A DNA stretch of 64,000 bases, taken from Eledone cirrhosa. Lineage: Eukaryota. The notes below the pieces were generated by a model. That model did no database searches. It was given only the letters and a program-made list of their open reading frames with translations, and had not been told where the DNA came from. The DNA is taken from the NCBI GenBank assembly GCA_964016885.1, contig OZ024751.1, forward strand, positions 2,852,001 to 2,916,000, written 5' to 3'. This document shows, in pieces, positions 25,921-39,494 of the stretch. The position numbers were made by a program, and so were the translations under genes. Every line of letters starts with the position of its first letter. The stretch's first letter is position 1.

Positions 25921-26085
25921 TTGTTTCTACTGTTGGCACAAGGCCAGCAATTACCCAGTGCATTACTGGTACTTTATTTCATCGACCCCGTGAGGATGAA
26001 AGGCAAAGTTAACCTCGGCGGGATTTGAACTCAGAATGGCAAGGGACGTAACTCTATGCGTCAAAGCATGACATCCGACCCTCTA
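25921..26085 (-). mobile_element. SINE family A
   Basis: Same B box, central domain and tail. Confidence 0.85.
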
Positions 26086-26102
26086 ATGTAATAATAATAA
26101 CA

Positions 26103-26337
26103 AAAAGGACGATTTGTTGTCTTCATTACGTTTATTGGGTAGTGACGTGCGTTTCGTTATTGATCAGCTCATGGTTCGATCTGTATCGATCTGGCCCGAC
26201 TCTGGAAGCAGAAGCTTGTCGGACTTTTGATTCAAGAGTTGGGCCAGATTGATCCAGATCGAACCTTGAGCTGATCAATAGCGAAACGCGCGTCACTACT
26301 CAATAAACGTAATGAAGACATAACAAATCGTTCTTTT
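26103..26337. repeat. Head-to-head palindrome containing hammerhead 3' halves
   Basis: Arms ~26103-26210 / ~26234-26337; right arm has GCGAAA-CGCGCG-TC-ACTAC..AATAAA; no canonical CTGANGA (only CTGATCA). Confidence 0.65.
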
Positions 26338-26476
26338 ATTATATATACTATTTCTATTCTATTATAACCTAAGCAGCTTCATATGCAAATGAGATTAATC
26401 ACCTCATTTACACAGACGAGAAAACTATACATTCTCGACTGTTTTCAAGTCCAGCAGTCGCAAGCGGTGGGACGGA

Positions 26477-26518
26477 CCGTCCTGACGATGGCCAGTAAAA
26501 CCTGAAATGCATAGACGG
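26477..26518 (+). ncRNA. Type I hammerhead ribozyme (minimal)
   Basis: CCGTC-CTGACGA-TGG..CCT-GAAA-TGCA-TA-GACGG; 5-bp stem I, palindromic stem III; same family as 57993-58033. Confidence 0.8.
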
Positions 26519-26666
26519 ATGTCCCCCTTGCTTCTGCTGGACACCACCAGAGGGCGTTAGCCCCGGTGTTTGCATAGCTACGGCTTCCTAAAACCGTGTT
26601 TCTTTAGAAATACAAAATGTCTATACATATTGTATAAAGCTATGCTTGAAGCGAAATCTTATTTCT

Positions 26667-26711
<45 letters not shown>

Positions 26712-27611
26712 GTGTATATATATACATATATGACCGCCATATAGTACCTTTAAATTACAGATCTAATCATAACTACTAGATGTATCACGCCTGCCTCTAC
26801 TTAAGCAAATCCCCCTCCTGGGTAAAGGAATAGTACTGGTTTTGTACAAGGATGGCCTAACGATACGGGCTGACTTCCTGCTGACGCACCTGAAGCCTGT
26901 TATACATTCCTAGAGTACTCGGAAAAATCGATTTCCATATCTTTCGCTAGGAGTGGATGGGCTGCCCAAGCTTGTAGTCGCCGCATGCTGTTTGACGGCT
27001 AAACAAAAACAATCTTTACTCTATAATAAAATTTAAGTTTCTTCATAAAAGACTCTTTCTTTGCTTAAACCTCGCAACCTTAAAAATGTCAAACTGTTTA
27101 ACTTTCAATTTTCTAATTTCTTTAATTTTATAATGTTAATATTAAATATTAATTTTTTAACTTCATCCTATAAATCTAAACAAAAATGTAACGTTCCAAT
27201 CTTCTGCTCACACATTATAACATACAGACCCCACTATATTTACTGTGGGTATGGTGTGGCGTGCGGTGGCTGGAAGCGGGGGAGTGCTCGACAGGAAGGG
27301 TGCTTGGCCGGAAGGATGCTCGACCGGAAGGGCCAGCAGATGGCCCTCTCTAGTGGTGACCAGCAACGGTGTGGACGCGAGTTTTGGCAGCTCCCGGTGT
27401 TAAGCAGTTGGACGCACGTGGAAGAGGAGAGACCAGCAGTGGAATTTAGCGGCGCCTATGAAAAGCGGTAAGTCAGATAGCTTTTTCTAACCACAAGCTA
27501 TTTCGGCACTGGAAGCTGAGATCTGATTAAAAAAAAAAAAAAAGCTACTGCAAAAATATGAGAAGAGCCTGTTGTTTTTTTTTTATCACGTACCGCAAGA
27601 CAAATTAAAAG

Positions 27612-28320
27612 ATGGCGACAAGATTACGAACAAGCGAAGCTATCAGGGCATTTACCGGGGAAAGTGATGTTGTCGCTTGGCTGCGAAAAGTCCGGCTGGT
27701 CGCAAGCTTGCAGAAGATAGAAGATGTGGCTGGCCTCATGGCACTATACCTTGAAGGGGACGAGCTGAACGAACACAGCCAAAGAGATGCGCAAAAGATT
27801 GAGAGGCGCATGATAGAAGCATTCGCAGAGGGACCGTTAGCCGCTTTCGCTAAGCTGGCAAGAAGTAGATGGAACGGTGAACGAGTTGACATTTTCGCAG
27901 CGGAAATACGGCGATTGGCTATGTTGGCTGGATATCAGGTGGAATAAGAACGCACGGTGCGGTTGGCGTTCATAAATGGATTTCCAGACGACATAGCGGT
28001 GAAACTGCAGCAAGTCCCGGGTTACAAAGAAATGGAAATGCGTTCACTGGTGGAACAAGCCCGGATCATAGCAGAAGATGCCAAAAAGAGTGTTGCGGCG
28101 ATAGCAACTACAGAGGTCCAAGACAGCTGGCAGCGAAATGGTGAAAGGGAGGCAACCACGGCACGCGGTCGCCCGCGAACGTTTAGAGGTCGCTGTTTTC
28201 GATGCCAGGGCCCGCACATGGCTAGAGACTGCAGAGAGTCAAGACCTGAAATAATATGCTACCGGTGTAAGCGACCAGGCCACATCGCTATTAACTGCGA
28301 CCAGGGAAACGATCCAAGGG
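27612..28320 (+). pseudogene. gag: gag with two CCHC zinc knuckles (internal stop at 27945)
   Basis: CFRCQGPHMARDC and CYRCKRPGHIAINC. Confidence 0.85.
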
Positions 28321-28347
28321 GAACTACTGCGCCGGTAGTTGCCCCTT
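28304..28347 (+). promoter_or_regulatory. Programmed -1 ribosomal frameshift signal (gag-pol)
   Basis: Slippery G GGA AAC in the correct gag phase, ~6-nt spacer, hairpin AGGGG-AACTAC..GTAGTT-G-CCCCT. Confidence 0.75.
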
Positions 28348-31161
28348 ACGAGTGGAGGCGCTGCCCGTGGTGGAAGTCTTCGTGAGGGGAAAGCTACAGC
28401 GAGCCCTCGTGGACACGGGCTGTACGACGACACTGGTGACCGCGGGGTGGCGCAGAGGTGGAGAGGGAAGAGCAGCGTAAGGGCAGTCGACGGCAGGAAA
28501 ATTGAATGCCGCGGTCGCAGCGAGATGGAAATAGCGGTACGGGGAAGGAAAATAAGGCTTTCTGCCATCGTAGTAGACAGCGTGGTGGATGGGATCGGCG
28601 TGGTTATGGGCATGGACGCAATTGGCCGTCTAGAAGGCGTCACAGTGAACAACGTCGGTGTGTCGTTTGGCGCCGCTGCATCGGTATGCGCTGTGAGTGC
28701 GCGACAGGAGAACCAGAAGGCCCACGAGGAGAAATACCCCGCTTACACTGTGCAGGACAAAGACTTCAAGGCCGTGTTCGATGGGCAGCGATGGGTTGTT
28801 GAGTGGTACTGGAAGGGAGAACCACCAACACTGAAGACCAAAGTAGGCTTCTATCAACACACATTGAAGGGAAACATTAGGAGCGAGTTCGAGCGAGAGG
28901 TAGAGAGATGGATTGAGGAGGGCATACTGCTTCCCTTGAAAGAGGAGGTGAAGTGCGGAGTATTGCCGTTAATGGCCGTGGCGCAACCCACGAAGAACAA
29001 GGTGAGGCTGGTGCTGGACTTTCGGGAGCTGAACGAGCACGTGTCATGCCACACGGGTGGCGAGGTCACGGATGTCTGTGGGGAAACCCTGCGTGAGTGG
29101 AGACGCATGACGGGGGATTCAGCAATCGTAGATCTAATGTCGGCATACTTGCAATTGCATATAGATGAGAAGCTCTGACAGTATCAGCTGGTCAGGTATA
29201 AGGGCCGGACATATTGCCTGACCAGGCTCGGTTTCGGGCTGAGCTCCGCACCGAGGATCATGGCAGCGGTCCTCAAGACCATTCTGGGAAAGGCCGACAA
29301 GATGAAGAGGGCCACTAACTCCTATATTGACGACATCCTAGTGGACGAGTCTGTGGTGTCGGCGGCGGAGGTCACGGTCCATTTACAGGGGTATGGACTG
29401 GCTGCGAAGCCGTCAGAAGCGTTGGAGGGAGGAGCCGCGCTGGGACTTAGGCTACGGCGAGACAGGACGGGTGTCTTGGTATTCCAGAGGGGAAATGAAG
29501 TTCCAGAACTGGACCCAAGTATGAGTAGGCGGGAGCTTTTCTCGGTGTGTGGAAAGTTGGTGGGTCACTACTCGATTGCTGGGTGGCTCCGGACGGCATG
29601 CAGCTATGTCAAGAGACGAGCGGGAGGAGTGACTTGGAGTGACAGAGTGGGAGAGAGGACGGTGGCCATGATGCAGGAGATCGTGGGGAGGGTGAAGGCC
29701 GACGACCCAGTGCGGGGACGCTGGTATGTTCCCAAATCACAGAGCGGGACCGTATGGTGCGATGCCAGCAGCATCGCGCTGGGTGTCACGTTGGAGATAG
29801 GAGGTGTTGAGGTCGAGGATGTAGCCTGGCTTAGGAAGAAGGACGACTGCAACCACATCAATGTGGCCGAACTGGACGCAGTGTTGAGAGGGGTGAACCT
29901 CTCCCTCAGGTGGGGACTGCGCACCATCGAGATACGCACCGACTCGGCTACTGTACTCGGATGGGTGAGATCAGTGCTCACCAGTGAGAAGAGAGTGCGA
30001 ACGAGAGGGGCGGCGGAGATGCTGATAAAGCGCCGCCTGGGAACTTTAGGAGAGCTGGCCACCGAGTTCGACCTGAGGCTGAGCGTAGTTTTCGTGCCCT
30101 CAGAGAAAAATAGGGCGGACATCTTAACTAGGGTGAAGAAAGCCTGGATGGAAGCGCCGGAGGAGGTAGAAGATGAGATAGCTGCCGTGTGTCGGCTCAC
30201 CGAGTCGGATCTGAAAGGGTTGCATGACATGCACCACATGGGAGTGAATAGGAGCCTGTTCCTAGCCAGGAGAATCGACTCGGACGTTAACAGACACAGT
30301 GTTCAAAGGGTGGTTAGAGGCTGCGTCCGATGTCAGTCCACTGATCCCGCCCCGGCTCTACACGAAACGGGAAGCCTCCCGGTGGATCGCGACTGGAAGC
30401 GATTGGCGGTGGATGTAACGCACTACCGACAGGGAACGTACCTCTCGATGGTCGACTGTGGACCAGGACGGATGGCGATATGGAGGGAGATGAAGTCTGG
30501 AACAGCCGAGGAAATCATGCGGACCTTGAGAGAGGTGTTCTTGGAGCGGGGCCCTGTGGACGAACTGCTGATGGACAACAGCGCAGCGTTCCGCTCGGAG
30601 GCGCTGAGGGAGATGCTCAATGGATGAAAGGTGGGCCGTTTCTTCAGAGCAGCGCACAGGCCGAGCGGGAATGGAATTGTGGAGCGACACCACCGGACGA
30701 TCAAGGCAATGGCGGAGCGGGGCCATATCTCACCAATGGAGGCAGTGTTCTGGTACAACATGTCCCTTCGGGTGGGACAGGTCGAGGAATCGGTGCCACA
30801 CAGAGTAGTATTCAGATACGAGTAGCGGCACCCGTGCACGCCACCACAACGGCCAGTGGGGAGTGAGAGTGCATTCGTGCAGGTGGGCGAAGAAGTCTGG
30901 GTTAAGCCCCCAGATGCACGTTGCACATCTCAATGGGGAAGGGGAACGGTGACGGCCGTAAATTCCCAGAACAATGTGTCCGTGGACGGATTACCACGTC
31001 ATGTCCTGGATGTCCGTAGAATCACTGTGTCAACGGACTCCGAGGAAGAGGAAATCCAAAGTGCTGCCCCAACACTGCGGAGGTCGCAAAGAAGTCGTAA
31101 ACCACCAACCTGGACAGCAGACTTTCATATGCAGAAGGACGAGGGGGAAATTGATCCTTGA
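28339..31161 (+). pseudogene. pol: pol (protease, RT, RNase H, integrase) with stops/frameshifts
   Basis: ALVDTGC (~28402, other frame), RLVLDFRELN, YIDD, CDAS, AELDA, TDS, N.AD, H..HH..C..C, VDVTH, MDN, GNGIVERHH. Confidence 0.9.
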
Positions 31162-31424
31162 GATCAGGGGGGCGTGTGGCGTGCGGTGGCCGGAAGCGGG
31201 GGAGTGCTCGACCGGAAGGATGCTTGGCCGGAAGGATGCTCGACCAGAAGGGCCAGCAGATGGCCCTCTCTAGTGGTGACCAGCAACGGTGTGGACGCGA
31301 GTTTTGGCAGCTCCCGGTGTTAAGCAGTTGGACGCACGTGGAAGAGGAGAGACCAGCAGTGGAATTTAGCGGCGCCTATGAAAAGCGGTAAGTCAGATAG
31401 CTTTTTTCTAACCACATTTACCTC

Positions 31425-31915
31425 TGCTAAGATACGGGTCCCTTTAAAAATATTTTTTTCGCACCATTCCTGGCTTGACTGTAGTCTGACATTAATATCG
31501 ACCTCTCTTCCTCTTACTTTCTATCTTTCTTCTTGTAGCCATTAACCCTGAATTTTCTTCTTTCTCTTCCCCCTTCTTTCTGTCTTTATCCTTGTGGCAT
31601 GATATTAACGCTGACTTATCTTCCTCCCCCTTTTTGTTTGCATATATTTGACCGGTAGTAGTTGTTAAGATACGGGTCCCTTAGAATAAATTTTTTTCGC
31701 GACATTTTTGGCCTGACTGTAATACCGACCTTTCCTGCTCTTTCTTTCTGTCTTTCTTCTTATAGCTGACGTTAACCCTGACTTCCCTTCTTCTTCCTTT
31801 TCTTCCTTCCCCCTTCTTCTCTCTTCTTTCTTTCTTTCTTTTTTCATGTGGCATGATACTAACGCTGACTTATGTTCCTATCCCTTTCTGTTTTCCTTTA
31901 TTTGACCGGTAGTAG
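31425..31915. repeat. Diverged ~245-bp tandem duplication
   Basis: TAAGATACGGGTCCC...GTGGCATGATA.TAACGCTGACTTAT...TATTTGACCGGTAGTAG occurs twice. Confidence 0.75.
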
Positions 31916-32048
31916 CACACTGTAAGCTTTAGCCACGTCACTTGAGGGCGACCGGCAAAGGTGGAAGATGCTGGATGGCGGTCGTCCTCGGGTCTTTGAT
32001 TTTCAGCCCCATGGATTTTATCTATTACATTCACTTATTATATTTCGA

Positions 32049-32106
32049 ATACCTGATGATATCACCGGATTCATACAGAACCCGGTCATTGAAATGATCA
32101 TAGTAT
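32049..32106 (+). ncRNA. Type I hammerhead ribozyme
   Basis: ATAC-CTGATGA-(ACCGG..CCGGT stem II)-GAAA-TGATCA-TA-GTAT, immediately followed by AATAAA. Confidence 0.8.
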
Positions 32107-32156
32107 AATAAACCTTTCAAGGATTTACACAAATCCAGCCTCCTGTCATTTCATTA

Positions 32157-32216
<60 letters not shown>

Positions 32217-32282
32217 TATATATATATACATATATATATACTTAGGTTAATAGTCCATAACACCAATCAAACCCCTTTTATA

Positions 32283-32327
32283 GCTCTGACGAATCCTACG
32301 GTTACGTAAGGAAGAAACATTGTAAGC
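32283..32327 (+). ncRNA. Type I hammerhead ribozyme
   Basis: GCT-CTGACGA-A-TCC-TACG/GTTA/CGTA-AGGA-A-GAAA-CATTG-TA-AGC, followed by AATAAA. Confidence 0.72.
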
Positions 32328-32458
32328 CAATAAAAATCTTTTGATGTTGTAGACGCTCTTGTGTTCTTTATCATATACATATATATATATATATATATAG
32401 TTTTAATATAGATGAGATTCTACTTACTGTGGTTACCTCCGATTCAACCCGGAATAAC

Positions 32459-33056
<598 letters not shown>

Positions 33057-33178
33057 AGTAAGGTTGCTTGGATGCGTCCATAGGCAGTATGCCGGTTGAG
33101 CACTCTATGCTCCTTCAGAGCAGAGTATAATAATATGGAAAACGAAGATTCAGTGATGCATCGAAACACAATTTATTA

Positions 33179-33272
33179 ACGTACTACAATTGTTTCTCCA
33201 GCGAACAGCTCGAGGTACGATCTATTTGTGGATCGAACCTGACTCGTGGATTCGCAAGTTCCTCAGATACGT
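33179..33272 (-). ncRNA. Type I hammerhead ribozyme with greatly extended stem II
   Basis: Minus strand: ACGTAT-CTGAGGA-[~63 nt with GCGAA/TTCGC, AGGT/ACCT, CGATC/GATCG]-GAAA-CAATTG-TA-GTACGT, then AATAAA. Confidence 0.78.
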
Positions 33273-34959
33273 CTAGTGATTTAGATACGTCTAGAAAATC
33301 CTCTGTCTGTTGGACTCCGTCCCTTTGAATTTCCTTCATCTGCAATCATCCTGTTTGCGCGGCCCATCGATTGGTCAAGAGTTCGAGACGTCATCTGTTT
33401 GTTTGACCATTCAAAACTGACTACTGACCATTTCCATTCAGGCGCCAGCTGTCAATCACCTTAATTCTGTCGCCAGAATTACTGCTACGCGAGCATGGGG
33501 TTCTGATCTGCCTTGGCTGTCCCGTAGCCCGACACATACACCCACATACATGTGTTCTCACACAGACATTCCGAGCTCCTGATCACACACTTATCAGTGC
33601 GACCATGCACACACACACACACCCGCGCGTGCGCATACACGTACACATGCATATATTCCCACTCTCATATATAGGTACATGCATACACAGATATAAGCAC
33701 ACATGTACACATATACGGACCCACACATATACATATATATATATATATATACACACACTTATATATACATATATACACACCTATATATACGTACACACAT
33801 ACATATACATACATATACCCGCGCGTACGCAGGCACACAACCAAGCCTACTCATATATATTTATATATATATATTTATATATACACACACACACATACAT
33901 ATATGCACCCATATATACGCATGTACACATACACCCGGACGTAGACACACGCGCACACACATATAATTACAGACACTCACAGTTGTGCGTGTGTGTGTAT
34001 ACATATCCCTACGGGCACTCTCGCACAGGTTTAAGTGCACATACCTGCATACATCCGTGTATACACACATAGCAGTATATACGTATATAGACACACATTC
34101 ATATACACCTTGAGTAGGCTGGCTTAGGGTGTTGACTTGAGATACTCCCCATACAAACCACATATAAACAAATTACATACGAAAAGAAATTGTACAAAAG
34201 TACTTAGAAAGTACATAAAAAAATACAAATAATGATGTACATCAAGAGATACACAAAGAACACTTTCATAGAGAAATACATAAAAATTATAGAAAAATAC
34301 ATATAAGGAATACGTCAAAAAATGCACGCAACATCTCACGTAGCAGTATATACGTATATGCAGACACACTTTCATGTACACGTTGAGTGAGGTGGCTTAG
34401 GGTGTTAACGTGAAATAATTCACATAAAAAAACCCATATAAACAAATTACATATGGAAAGCTCATAGAAACAATGCAAAGGATATACTTTAAAAATACAT
34501 TAAAAAAATACATATGAGGATGTACATGAAAAAATGTGGTAGTCGTTGTTGTTGTGGTGGTTGTTGTTGTTGCCGTTGTTGTTGTTGCTGACAATGTTGC
34601 TGTTCTTGTTGTAGTTGCCATTCCTTTGGTTGTTGTGGTTGGTGCCAATGTTGTCGTTGATGTTGCTGTTCTTGTTATAGAGGTAGTTGTTATTATTGTG
34701 GATGTTTGCTTGATTGTTGTTGTCAATGCTGCTGCTGTTCTTGTTGTTCGGGTTGGTGTCAATGTTGCTGCTCTTCTTCTTCTTCTTCTTCTTCTTCTTC
34801 TTCTTCTTCTTCTTCTTCTTCTTCTTCTTCTTCTTCTATTGACGTCGTTTTAATTGTTGTTGTTAATGTTGATTGACAAGACATTCAGGCAGCTATGGAA
34901 TCAACGATACTTCCTCTTCTAACCAGCGTTTACCAACTTTGTTTGATATGTCGAGTTGT

Positions 34960-35080
34960 GCTAGCCATCTTCTCACCGTTCACCTGTCAGCCTGTTTGAT
35001 ATGTCGAGCCATCTTCTCTCCGTTCACCTATCAGCCTGTTTGATATGTCGAGCCATCTTCTCACCGTTCACCTGTCAGCC
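34960..35080. repeat. ~44-bp tandem repeat x ~3
   Basis: TGTTTGATATGTCGAGCCATCTTCTCACCGTTCACCTGTCAGCC. Confidence 0.8.
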
Positions 35081-35396
35081 GAATATTCTCTTTTAGCCAG
35101 GAGAGATCCGCTAATTAATTTTTCCACAAAAATTCTTTGGACAAATCTAGCTCACTCTCTCTAAATCTTCAGCTGCACTTCCTAGGCTGATACAAAACTA
35201 AATACTTTGCGAAAACTCAATGAATTTCCGAAATACTTACTGGTTTCTGTTGTTGGGCTGCGGTCATTCTGGTGCCTTGCCTCCAAGGGTATTATATCGA
35301 TCATATCGAACCTAGTATTTTCTTTTTAAAGTTTGGTAATAAATTAAGCGATCTGTATTTGTCGAACAGCTAAGTTACATGATATAAACAAATAAC

Positions 35397-35511
35397 TGTT
35401 TCTACTTTAGGCACAAGGCCAGCAATAACCCAGTGCATTACTGGTACTTTTATTTTATCGACCCCGTAAGGATGAAAGGCAAAGTCAACCTCGGCGGGAT
35501 TTGAACTCAGA
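35397..35511 (-). mobile_element. SINE family A, 5'-truncated
   Basis: Tail, central domain and B box present. Confidence 0.8.
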
Positions 35512-35569
35512 ATAACATTGGTAGTTAAACATTATAGGCGTAAATACAGCCACACACACAAAAGTAGCT

Positions 35570-36025
35570 ATTGTGTGACACAGTGGAGGTAGCTATTGTG
35601 TGACGTGTAACGCAGTGGTGACCACTGTGACGTGTAACATGGTGGAGGTAGACATTGTGACATGTGACGCGGTGGAGGTGACCACTGTGACGTGACTCGG
35701 TGGAGGTGACCACTGTGACGAGTGACGCGGTGGAGGTGACCACTGTGACGTGTGACTCGGTGGAGGTGACCACTGTGTAATGTGTGACGCGGTGGAGGTG
35801 ACCACTGTGTAATGTGTGACGCGGTGGAAGTGACCACTGTGTGACGCGGTGGAGGTGACCACTGTGTAACATGGTGGAGGTGACCACTGTGTAATGTGCG
35901 ACGCGGTGGAATTGACCACTGTGTGACGCGTTGGAGGTGACCACTGTGTGATGTGTGACGTGGTGGCGGTGACCACTGTGTAATGTGGTAGAGGTGACCA
36001 TTGTGTGATATGTGGTGCGGTGGTG
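35570..36025. repeat. Minisatellite, ~25-32 bp unit
   Basis: GGTGGAGGTGACCACTGTG(TAATGTG)TGACGC variants, ~15 copies. Confidence 0.9.
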
Positions 36026-38859
36026 GTATGGAAGGAGCTATTGTTAAGGAACGGCACAGTGGTAAGATATTTACACGGGGCAACCAATAGCAAACTGTCT
36101 AGGTTACGTTGTTCAGTTCTACATATGCTTGAAACATTCCTCCTACTACGACAAACGAAATTTAATTATGACAACTAAAAAGTTTACTTCTACTATATGT
36201 GAAATAAAATATCCATGCACGTGTCATCTGAGACATAAATTTAATTATAAATAGCTAATTATATTAATTACAATTAAATATATGACTTGTTTTTCATGAT
36301 CTCAGAAGGCCTGTGAAAACCCTGCCCCTTATTTCAGATATTGGAGGAGCTGTGAAGACTAAGAGTACTGCACTTTTTTCCAGACCTACCAAATAAAAAA
36401 ATATATATGAAAGAAAATATAACAGACATAATGTATCTGGTATATACATTATATGAAATATAATAAACTTATTATATACATTATTAATTATATACATTAT
36501 AATTAGCGATATTACACTAAAGAGTGATAGGGATACTTGTTTCCTGATAAACAGTCAATTAGCTGTGAAACATGTACAGGCCATTTCTGTAAGTTTGCCT
36601 TTGTAGAAAATAAAATTTATTATTAATTATGAACGTGTTACAATTGATATGGTATTCTTATCGCCATTAATTAACGAGTAGACATATATAAGAAACCATT
36701 AATTAACGAGTAGACATGATTCAAATGGAGTGAAGGGGTTGAAATGAACACCTCTAGAGTACGTCATCGTTGACGTCACAAATACAATCTATAATGTCAC
36801 GTGTTCTGTAGTTCCACTACTCTCCACAATGTATGATGTAATCCAAAGTCGAGGAGGGCGCAACTTGGTAAAAATAACAGCCGAATGTCCCTCCTATCAC
36901 GAGAAGGACAATGGACTATTTTTTACCTCAAAAAATTACAAATATCTTATGGGTCTTTGTTTTAAAGGTACTTGATTTTGGTTGGTGTTTATATCTGTCA
37001 CCAATATGCATCCGCTAATGAAACACACACACACACACTCTTACTTACCTACCTACATATATACATACATACCTATCTACTTTCGGGTCCCAAGTAATAG
37101 GAGAAGTTGGAATAAGCGGGAGTTGGGTGGAGTAAGCGGTAATTTTTCAAGGTTGTCTCTGTTGATTTAAAAAAAACCCAGAATTAGTCGTTTAGTTTAC
37201 ATATTGAGACCCAACCCATCCTATTTATTTTATAGCGTATGAGACTTCTAGTAAAGTACTATTTCGTCATGTACTGTATAATGTTTTTTAATGTCTAAAG
37301 AAAATCAGTCTCAATCGACTACGTTGCTATAAAAAGCACAATACCTTCTCCTAAGTTATATAAAATTATATGTGTGCCTGTTATGGCTTAATTGGTATAA
37401 GTTTTTGTTCTGTCTTGTCTTTTACTCCACGGACAGCGGTTAGGTTTGTGTCAACTGCTGTGGCTCCAGATGGACTAGCAGTAATGTCGGTAGGGGTTGA
37501 AACTGCTAAAGTCCATCTCGTCGGCTGAAGAGCTTGGAATTCTATGTCTTTGTTGTCTTCTCTTAGTTAATTTTCCTAATTTCATTATGTATATATATAT
37601 ATATATAAAATAAAGGTGTGATTAAACTATTTTTCACTGGAAAAAATCTGTCAGCATTTTCTTTTCCTTTTTACTTATATATATATATATATACATATTT
37701 ATCAAGTTTTGCTGTGACCTGTTCTCTCTTTCTCCCTATCTATTGTGTTGCAATAAACTCTTCCCCCTTCTTTCTCTCTCTTTCTCCATCTCACTTTCAC
37801 TCTCCCTCTCTCTGCTTGCCACCGCACCGTTTCTCTCGCCTGCTCATCTAGCTGTCTCTTTCTCAATTACTCCTGCGGAGGTCAGACGTGTTTTTTTTCT
37901 CGCCCACACAGCCTTGAACTTGATGTAGTTGATGTTGACTTGAATTTTGTTTTCTCTTTTCTTTTCTCTCTCCGAGTTGTTCACACACATGTGCTTCGGG
38001 TTTCCCTCTTCTGTTTGTTGTTTCCCATTTTTTTGGCTGCCTTTTCCTTTTTCTTCCCTTTTCCCCTCTGTTATATATATTTTTTCTCTCTCTCCCTTTT
38101 TTTCCCAATAACTTCCTTTAATTATTGACGCACTGGGATTAGATGTCTAGTCTTTATTGCGTAGAAATATCCATGATCCCCAGCAGAGAACTGATGAAGG
38201 AAAATGTTCTCCCGTTCGCGCTTTCCTCTTATATATATATATATATCACGATAAATTAACGGAGCCATAGACTCTCGCCATTCCCTGTCATTAATGTGCT
38301 CAAAGGAGAAGGAATACAATATGTAGAGAAGATAACACACCAGAGAGAGAGATGGTACGCTATCAGTCAAACAGGAAAAAACCACCAGTGTATGGAATCT
38401 ATAGCCCATGGAAGGCAAAGTAGACACACAATAATTAAAAGTATAAATCAAAGTGCAAATACGTATCTTGATAACTATCTAACACACACGTACAAATCCA
38501 ACAGGATCTGTTTCACCAACTAATTTGTTGACAGAAATGATTAGCCTATGGTTCATCAGCGTGTGTAAGGCTATACATTTCAGACAACACTAAAAGAATC
38601 TAAAGCGACCATCCAGCCACACATGGTAGAGAGAAATTCACAGCATGCCTAGGGCAGCAACCAGTGGACTCTGGGGGACGAGCTGATAGAGAGGGCAGCC
38701 CAAACCACTCAGAGAAGTGTGTTTTTTTCCTTGTTTGACTGATAGCGCACCATCTCTCTCTCTGGTGTGTTATCTTCTCTACATATTGTATTATATATAT
38801 ATATATATATAATGTGTGTGTGAGTATTTGTATATACATATATGGGCGTGTGGTTAGAA

Positions 38860-39095
38860 TGTCTCAGGACAGAATCTCGCTGGACGGATTTTACAGGCAA
38901 AACTAACCGGCAGGAGACCTAGGGGTTGACCCCGGGCAAGGTGGCTGGATAACATCCATGAGCTTGGCTGGTATCGCTTGGGGATCCAGCCGGGTCAAAT
39001 GGAGACGGCTGCTACTGACAGGACCAGCTGAAAGGAGTGTTGAGGACTCTTCCCCCATGATCCTCTCAGGAATAACTGAGTGAGAAAGAAGAAAA
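38860..39095 (+). mobile_element. RTE-clade (Rex3/Expander-like) LINE 3' fragment
   Basis: GRRPRG*PRARWLDNIHELGWYRLGI...LRTLPP with in-frame stops. Confidence 0.65.
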
Positions 39096-39308
39096 AGAAG
39101 ACAATTACTGGTATTCCAGTATTCTATGGCCACAAAATCGAGGGTTTCCACACACACACATACATATATATATATATCAAGTTTGATTGTTCGTAGAGGA
39201 AAATGTAGTTACCCGTAAAAAACAGGTTGGCTTTGCCCATAAAATCTGTCCAGCTATTTTTCTTTCATTAAAGAGCTGTAACTTTATCAATTTCCCAAAT
39301 AATAATAA

Positions 39309-39452
39309 TTGTTTCTACTTTTGGAACAAGGCCAACAATTACCTCAGTGCATTATTGGTACTTTATTTTATCGACCCTGTAAGGATGAAAGGCAAAGTTA
39401 ACCTCGGCGGGATTTGAACTCAGAACACAAAAGGCCATAACTCTATGCTGCA
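39309..39452 (-). mobile_element. SINE family A (partial)
   Basis: Tail, central domain, B box. Confidence 0.8.
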
Positions 39453-39494
39453 ATAATAAAAATGATTCCTACTAGTGCAAGTCCAACAATTTCG

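Larger units (their letters stand above)
27244..31416 (+). mobile_element. Full-length Gypsy/Ty3 LTR retrotransposon (decayed ORFs)
   Basis: LTRs 27244-27495 and 31175-31416 (TG...CA); TSD TTTAC at 27239-43 and 31417-21; PPT AGGGGGG before 3' LTR; domain order gag-PR-RT-RH-IN. Confidence 0.93.

Noticed and set aside
35525-36093. His/Thr/Ser-rich ORFs in all three minus frames
   Set aside because: Products of a minisatellite with variable unit length
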